Notes under the pieces: generated by a model
What the model was told of the DNA's origin: nothing
What the model saw: only the letters and a program-made list of their open reading frames with translations
Databases searched by the model: none
Program-made: the position numbers and the translations under genes
Shown: positions 60,167-64,000 of the stretch, one piece after another
Layout: every line of letters begins with the position of its first letter
Numbering within the stretch: the stretch's first letter is position 1
Assembly: GCA_963664875.1 (NCBI GenBank)
Contig: OY761611.1
Coordinates: 2,240,001 to 2,304,000, forward strand
From: Candidatus Kapaibacterium sp.
GTDB lineage: Bacteria; Bacteroidota; Ignavibacteria; Kapaibacteriales; UBA2268
Length of the DNA stretch: 64,000 bases
Direction: 5' to 3'

Positions 60167-60847
60167 ATGGATAAGAAAATAGCAGTAGTCTTGCTTAGTG
60201 GTGGTATGGATTCTGCTCTTTGTGCTGCAATAGCAAAAGAGGAAGGATATGAATTGGCAGCTCTCCACCTGAATTACAAACAAAAGACACAAGAAAAAGA
60301 GTACCAATCTTTCAAAAGACTATGCGATCATTATCAAATCAAATATAGATTGTCTGTCGATGTAAGTTATCTAAATCAAATAGGAGGCTCGTCTCTTACT
60401 GATGAAAGAATGACAGTTGACAAAGCAAATTTGGAAAGTGAGGACATACCCACCAGCTATGTCCCTTTTCGTAATGCAAATATTATGGCAATAGCTACAA
60501 GCTGGGCAGAAGTATTGGGTGCTTCAGCTTTATATGTAGGAGCTGTCGAGCAAGACAGTAGCGGATATCCTGACTGTAGAGTAAGTTTTTTCGAAGCTTT
60601 CCAGCAGGTAATCAATACAGGAACTAAACCGGACACACACATAGAAGTAAAGACTCCGGTAATTCACATGATGAAATCAGATATAGCAAGAAAAGGCTAC
60701 GAACTTGGAGTGCCATTTGAAAAAACCTGGAGCTGCTACCAAAATAGCGAGGAAGCATGTGGAGAATGCGAATCATGCGTTTTGAGGCTTAGAGGCTTTT
60801 CCAATGCAGGTTTAGAAGATCCTATTACTTATGTAAAAAAGAAATAA
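60167..60847 (+). CDS. queC: 7-cyano-7-deazaguanine synthase
   Basis: LLSGGMDS, YVPFRN, SGYPDCR, TWSCY..CGECESC..R. Confidence 0.97.
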   Translation: MDKKIAVVLLSGGMDSALCAAIAKEEGYELAALHLNYKQKTQEKEYQSFKRLCDHYQIKYRLSVDVSYLNQIGGSSLTDERMTVDKANLESEDIPTSYVPFRNANIMAIATSWAEVLGASALYVGAVEQDSSGYPDCRVSFFEAFQQVINTGTKPDTHIEVKTPVIHMMKSDIARKGYELGVPFEKTWSCYQNSEEACGECESCVLRLRGFSNAGLEDPITYVKKK

Positions 60848-60868
60848 TTGAATTATTTCAAAAAAGAT

Positions 60869-60899
60869 TTTGTCGCTTTGTGGAAAAGTTTTAAATTTG
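60869..60899 (+). promoter_or_regulatory. Bacteroidota-type promoter for rpsD
   Basis: TTTG-N19-TAAATTTG. Confidence 0.6.
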
Positions 60900-60965
60900 T
60901 AATCCTTTTATATGTAGCATGTTATAGAATAAACTACACAAATAAATTGTATTTAGTGAGGTAAA

Positions 60966-61568
60966 ATGAATTACAACGGTCCTAAAGTAAAGCTATCCCG
61001 TAAACTTGGGTTAACTATAACTCCGAAGGCAAAAAAAGTTACAGGTAAAAAACCTTATCCTCCGGGACAGCATGGAGCTTCTAAACGCCGTGCTAAACAG
61101 TCTGACTTTGGTCGTCAGTTATTGGAAAAACAGAGATTAAGAATGCAATACAACATCTCTGAAAGCCATATGCGTAAGTATTACAAAAAAGCGACTCACA
61201 TGACTGGTAACACAGGTGATTTGTTGGTTCAGTTGATGGAATCAAGACTTGATTCTTTAGTATTGCGTGCAGGATTTGCCCGCACAATTTACGCAGCTCG
61301 TCAGTATGTAACACATGGTCACGTATTTATCAACGGTAGAAAAATGAATGTACCGTCTTATCAGGTAAAAGTAAACGATGTGATTACGATCAAAGAAAAA
61401 AGCAGAAATTTGGATTGCTTCCAGGAATCTGTAAGAAATACTAATCCACCTGCTTACTTAGAAGTTTCTAAAGCTGATTTGAGTGCTAAATATATCTACG
61501 TTCCTCCTCGCGAAGAAATTCCTGTAGAAGGTGAAGTACCATTAGTGGTGGAATTCTACTCTCGTTAA
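60966..61568 (+). CDS. rpsD: 30S ribosomal protein S4
   Basis: GPKVKLSR, PPGQHG, QLLEKQ, ESRLD, ARQYVTHGH..ING..PSY, VEFYSR. Confidence 0.98.
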   Translation: MNYNGPKVKLSRKLGLTITPKAKKVTGKKPYPPGQHGASKRRAKQSDFGRQLLEKQRLRMQYNISESHMRKYYKKATHMTGNTGDLLVQLMESRLDSLVLRAGFARTIYAARQYVTHGHVFINGRKMNVPSYQVKVNDVITIKEKSRNLDCFQESVRNTNPPAYLEVSKADLSAKYIYVPPREEIPVEGEVPLVVEFYSR

Positions 61569-61590
61569 TAGTAGAATGGATAAAATTTAC

Positions 61591-61635
61591 AAAAAAAATG
61601 CCTCCTCGAAACGCTACGAGTCGGCATTTTTTTTT
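61591..61635. terminator. Bidirectional terminator
   Basis: AAAAAAAATGCC..CTCG..CGAG..GGCATTTTTTTT. Confidence 0.75.
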
Positions 61636-61650
61636 GTTAGTAAAATTTTT

Positions 61651-63972
61651 TTATCTCACAATTACAAGAGGCATTTGTTCTAATATCAAATTATTATCTT
61701 TGATAATGAGAACGTATTTACCCGGGCTAACATCTTCGACATTGAAGCTAAAACTATTTTTCCCTGAATTGATACTGAAATCGTCGAATAATTTAACTAT
61801 TTGACCACTAGAATTTACCAAAAGTAAACTACAAAAACTACCAGCATTTCCGGTGTATTCAAATTCTACATTACAGCTATTTAGAACAGGATTAGGCTTT
61901 AATTGGCTTAGTTTCAAAATATCATCTGATAACACTGAAGTTCCTTCACCCTCCCCACTAAGCGACACATATACAATAGAATTTTCCGGGTCGTTAGATC
62001 GAATTCGGAGTTCTGATAAAAACAAATCTGCACTCACGGGAGTAAATTTTACTTTAACATTGGCAGTTTCACCGATAGGTATTATAGGATTGGGTAAGTC
62101 ATCTACTTCAAAAACTCCGCTATCATCTGCTACAATATACAGTGAGTAAATTTCCAAATCTGAATCACCCTTATTAGATATTTGGATTTCCTTTTCTAGA
62201 GTATTGCCAACTACAACCGATTGAAAATCTAGCTCTGCAAGATTAGTGGAGATTTTACTTATATTTTTATACGTTCCATCAATTTCAATGTTGTCTAACC
62301 ATAAAGCATTGCCTCCACTTCCCGGAATAACTGATATCTTTATTAGAACATTTTTGCCAAAAAGAGATTTCAAATCCACAGAATCTTTTTTGTAATCTGA
62401 GGATCTTGGTACATAAGTTCCTGAGCTGCTCCCTGTTTCAGTATCTATTGGAATCTTTCTATCTATTTCAATCCATGTATGCCCATCGTCTTCAGATGCA
62501 TAAAAGACTATTTCAGGATCAGTTTTTCCAAAATTTCCGTTGGAGTATGCATAGAAGTATTTAATTTTTGCATCGTCCAATATCTTAAGATTCGCTTCTC
62601 CAAAAAGCAGTGTAGCGGGCTTTCCTTCAATTTCATAATTTGTATGCAAATGGTAAAGAACCGCATCTTTTGAATTGTTTACACCTATAGGATATGTGGC
62701 ATGAGAAACTAAATATCTGGTATTTTTATCAATATCAAGAGCAAAATGCTCGGTTCCTTCTTCAAATGTAAATGTTGTTTTATCGAAAGCAGCTCTATGG
62801 AAATGAATCCCTTCGTGAGTGCTGTAGTTATCAAACTGATCCAAATCAACAATAAGTTGTCCGGTTTCTTTTGAATTATTGATATTGTCAAATCCGGATA
62901 TTTTTATATAATAATTTCCTGTAAACTCACAATAGATGTCCCCAAAATCCATAGTAACAGATTCCCCTTTTTTCAAATTTCCTTTAAAGGTTTTACTATA
63001 GTCATATTGATTCGCAGTAACTTTTAAATCAAATTGAGTAACTTCCGTTTCAAATTCGTTGGTAATGACTACTTTTGGATTAAAGGTATCAAAAAAATAA
63101 CCTTTGGGCATTACAGTCAAGTCCTGCAAAGACAACATCACCATATTTTCGGCTGGGATGCCAACTCTCGTGCCCGCAGCAGTAATAATATTTGCTTTAT
63201 CAGGCGCAATAAATGCAACAACTTCAAGCTGAGTTAGGTCAAGCTCGATATCGCGGATTGTTTCTGGGAGAACGAGCTTATACTCTCTTTTACCAAAAGT
63301 GCCTCCTGTTGTATTTGCAATCTCATCTCCCCAAACTGACTCTGTCAGGGGCATTCGTAAACAATGTTGATGTCGATATAATCCATCTTCTGTAACAAAA
63401 TCCGGGTTAAGTTTTTCCGCATTTGCTTGATAACTTATGATTTCATTTTGTAGCAACATAACCGATAAATGATTAGTCGGGTTAGCTTCTGTACTTGTAT
63501 AGTAATACTCTACCAGTACATTTAATTCTCGTGTTGATAGGTTGACATCAGCTTCTATGGCTAAATTTACAGGAGAAGCCTCCCCTATTAGCTTCTTAAC
63601 ATTATCTTCCCAATAATTCCTACTTTGAGCCCAAGGCTTTGTATTTCGATTAATCGATCCGGTAGGATAAGCTTCAGCACCGGCCATGGAGTCTATAGTT
63701 TCGCCGGCATCTGTTCTCATGTCCTTGTCGCGGCTCTGCTGAGGAATGGCATAGTAATCTGCGTGAATATTAATCGGGAAAAATCGATTTTCATATTTTG
63801 CAGCTAATTCATTCGCGATTTTGTGACCATCCGGACACCAACCACAATATATTCCCGTAAATTCTTCAAGTACAGCATTTCGATTTGTCGGAGATGTAGA
63901 AACAATAGTTTGAGTAAATGTTACATCAAAACAAAAAAATGCAAATGTGAATAACAAACAAAACAACCTCAT
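61651..63972 (-). CDS. Omp28-related thioredoxin-fold protein with Ig-like domain and T9SS CTD
   Basis: VLEEFTGIYCGWCPDG, INIH, YPTGSINR, HQHCLR; Ig-like ISNKGDSDLEI..FTP..IRSNDP..LSGEG; CTD KPNPV..PGKY. Confidence 0.85.
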   Translation of the reverse strand: MRLFCLLFTFAFFCFDVTFTQTIVSTSPTNRNAVLEEFTGIYCGWCPDGHKIANELAAKYENRFFPINIHADYYAIPQQSRDKDMRTDAGETIDSMAGAEAYPTGSINRNTKPWAQSRNYWEDNVKKLIGEASPVNLAIEADVNLSTRELNVLVEYYYTSTEANPTNHLSVMLLQNEIISYQANAEKLNPDFVTEDGLYRHQHCLRMPLTESVWGDEIANTTGGTFGKREYKLVLPETIRDIELDLTQLEVVAFIAPDKANIITAAGTRVGIPAENMVMLSLQDLTVMPKGYFFDTFNPKVVITNEFETEVTQFDLKVTANQYDYSKTFKGNLKKGESVTMDFGDIYCEFTGNYYIKISGFDNINNSKETGQLIVDLDQFDNYSTHEGIHFHRAAFDKTTFTFEEGTEHFALDIDKNTRYLVSHATYPIGVNNSKDAVLYHLHTNYEIEGKPATLLFGEANLKILDDAKIKYFYAYSNGNFGKTDPEIVFYASEDDGHTWIEIDRKIPIDTETGSSSGTYVPRSSDYKKDSVDLKSLFGKNVLIKISVIPGSGGNALWLDNIEIDGTYKNISKISTNLAELDFQSVVVGNTLEKEIQISNKGDSDLEIYSLYIVADDSGVFEVDDLPNPIIPIGETANVKVKFTPVSADLFLSELRIRSNDPENSIVYVSLSGEGEGTSVLSDDILKLSQLKPNPVLNSCNVEFEYTGNAGSFCSLLLVNSSGQIVKLFDDFSINSGKNSFSFNVEDVSPGKYVLIIKDNNLILEQMPLVIVR

Positions 63973-64000
63973 AACGCACCTTTGGTTATTTGTGTAAAAA

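Overview
AT-rich chromosomal window from an FCB-group bacterium, most plausibly Ca. Kapabacteria/Ignavibacteria-like. This is an inference from the Bacteroidota-type TTTG-N19/20-TAnnTTTG promoters, the T9SS translocon SprA, many T9SS-CTD cargo proteins and two flagellins. Housekeeping genes include polA, dinB, leuS, queC, rpsD, bfr and an mltB-like gene, and there are six sensor histidine kinases. I found no rRNA, tRNA, CRISPR array, transposase or integrase. Main unusual observations: (1) a YfiR-family + poly-HAMP chemoreceptor + two TonB-dependent receptor cluster, in which both receptors share a DNA-level near-identical N-terminal peptide, a candidate outer-membrane-to-chemotaxis signalling system; (2) an A-X-B-A-Y-B cassette architecture at 9.4-14.2 kb, where divergent secreted payloads sit between a perfect 134-bp repeat and a ~98% identical 308-bp T9SS-CTD cassette; (3) a cobalamin riboswitch ahead of a T9SS-tagged BtuG-like propeller and a BtuB-like receptor; (4) a DnaA-box cluster between flagellin and dinB (candidate oriC); (5) CsrA-type hairpins on both flagellin leaders; (6) a dinB whose conserved N-terminus has no canonical start codon. 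All calls come from reading the sequence by eye; no searches were run.
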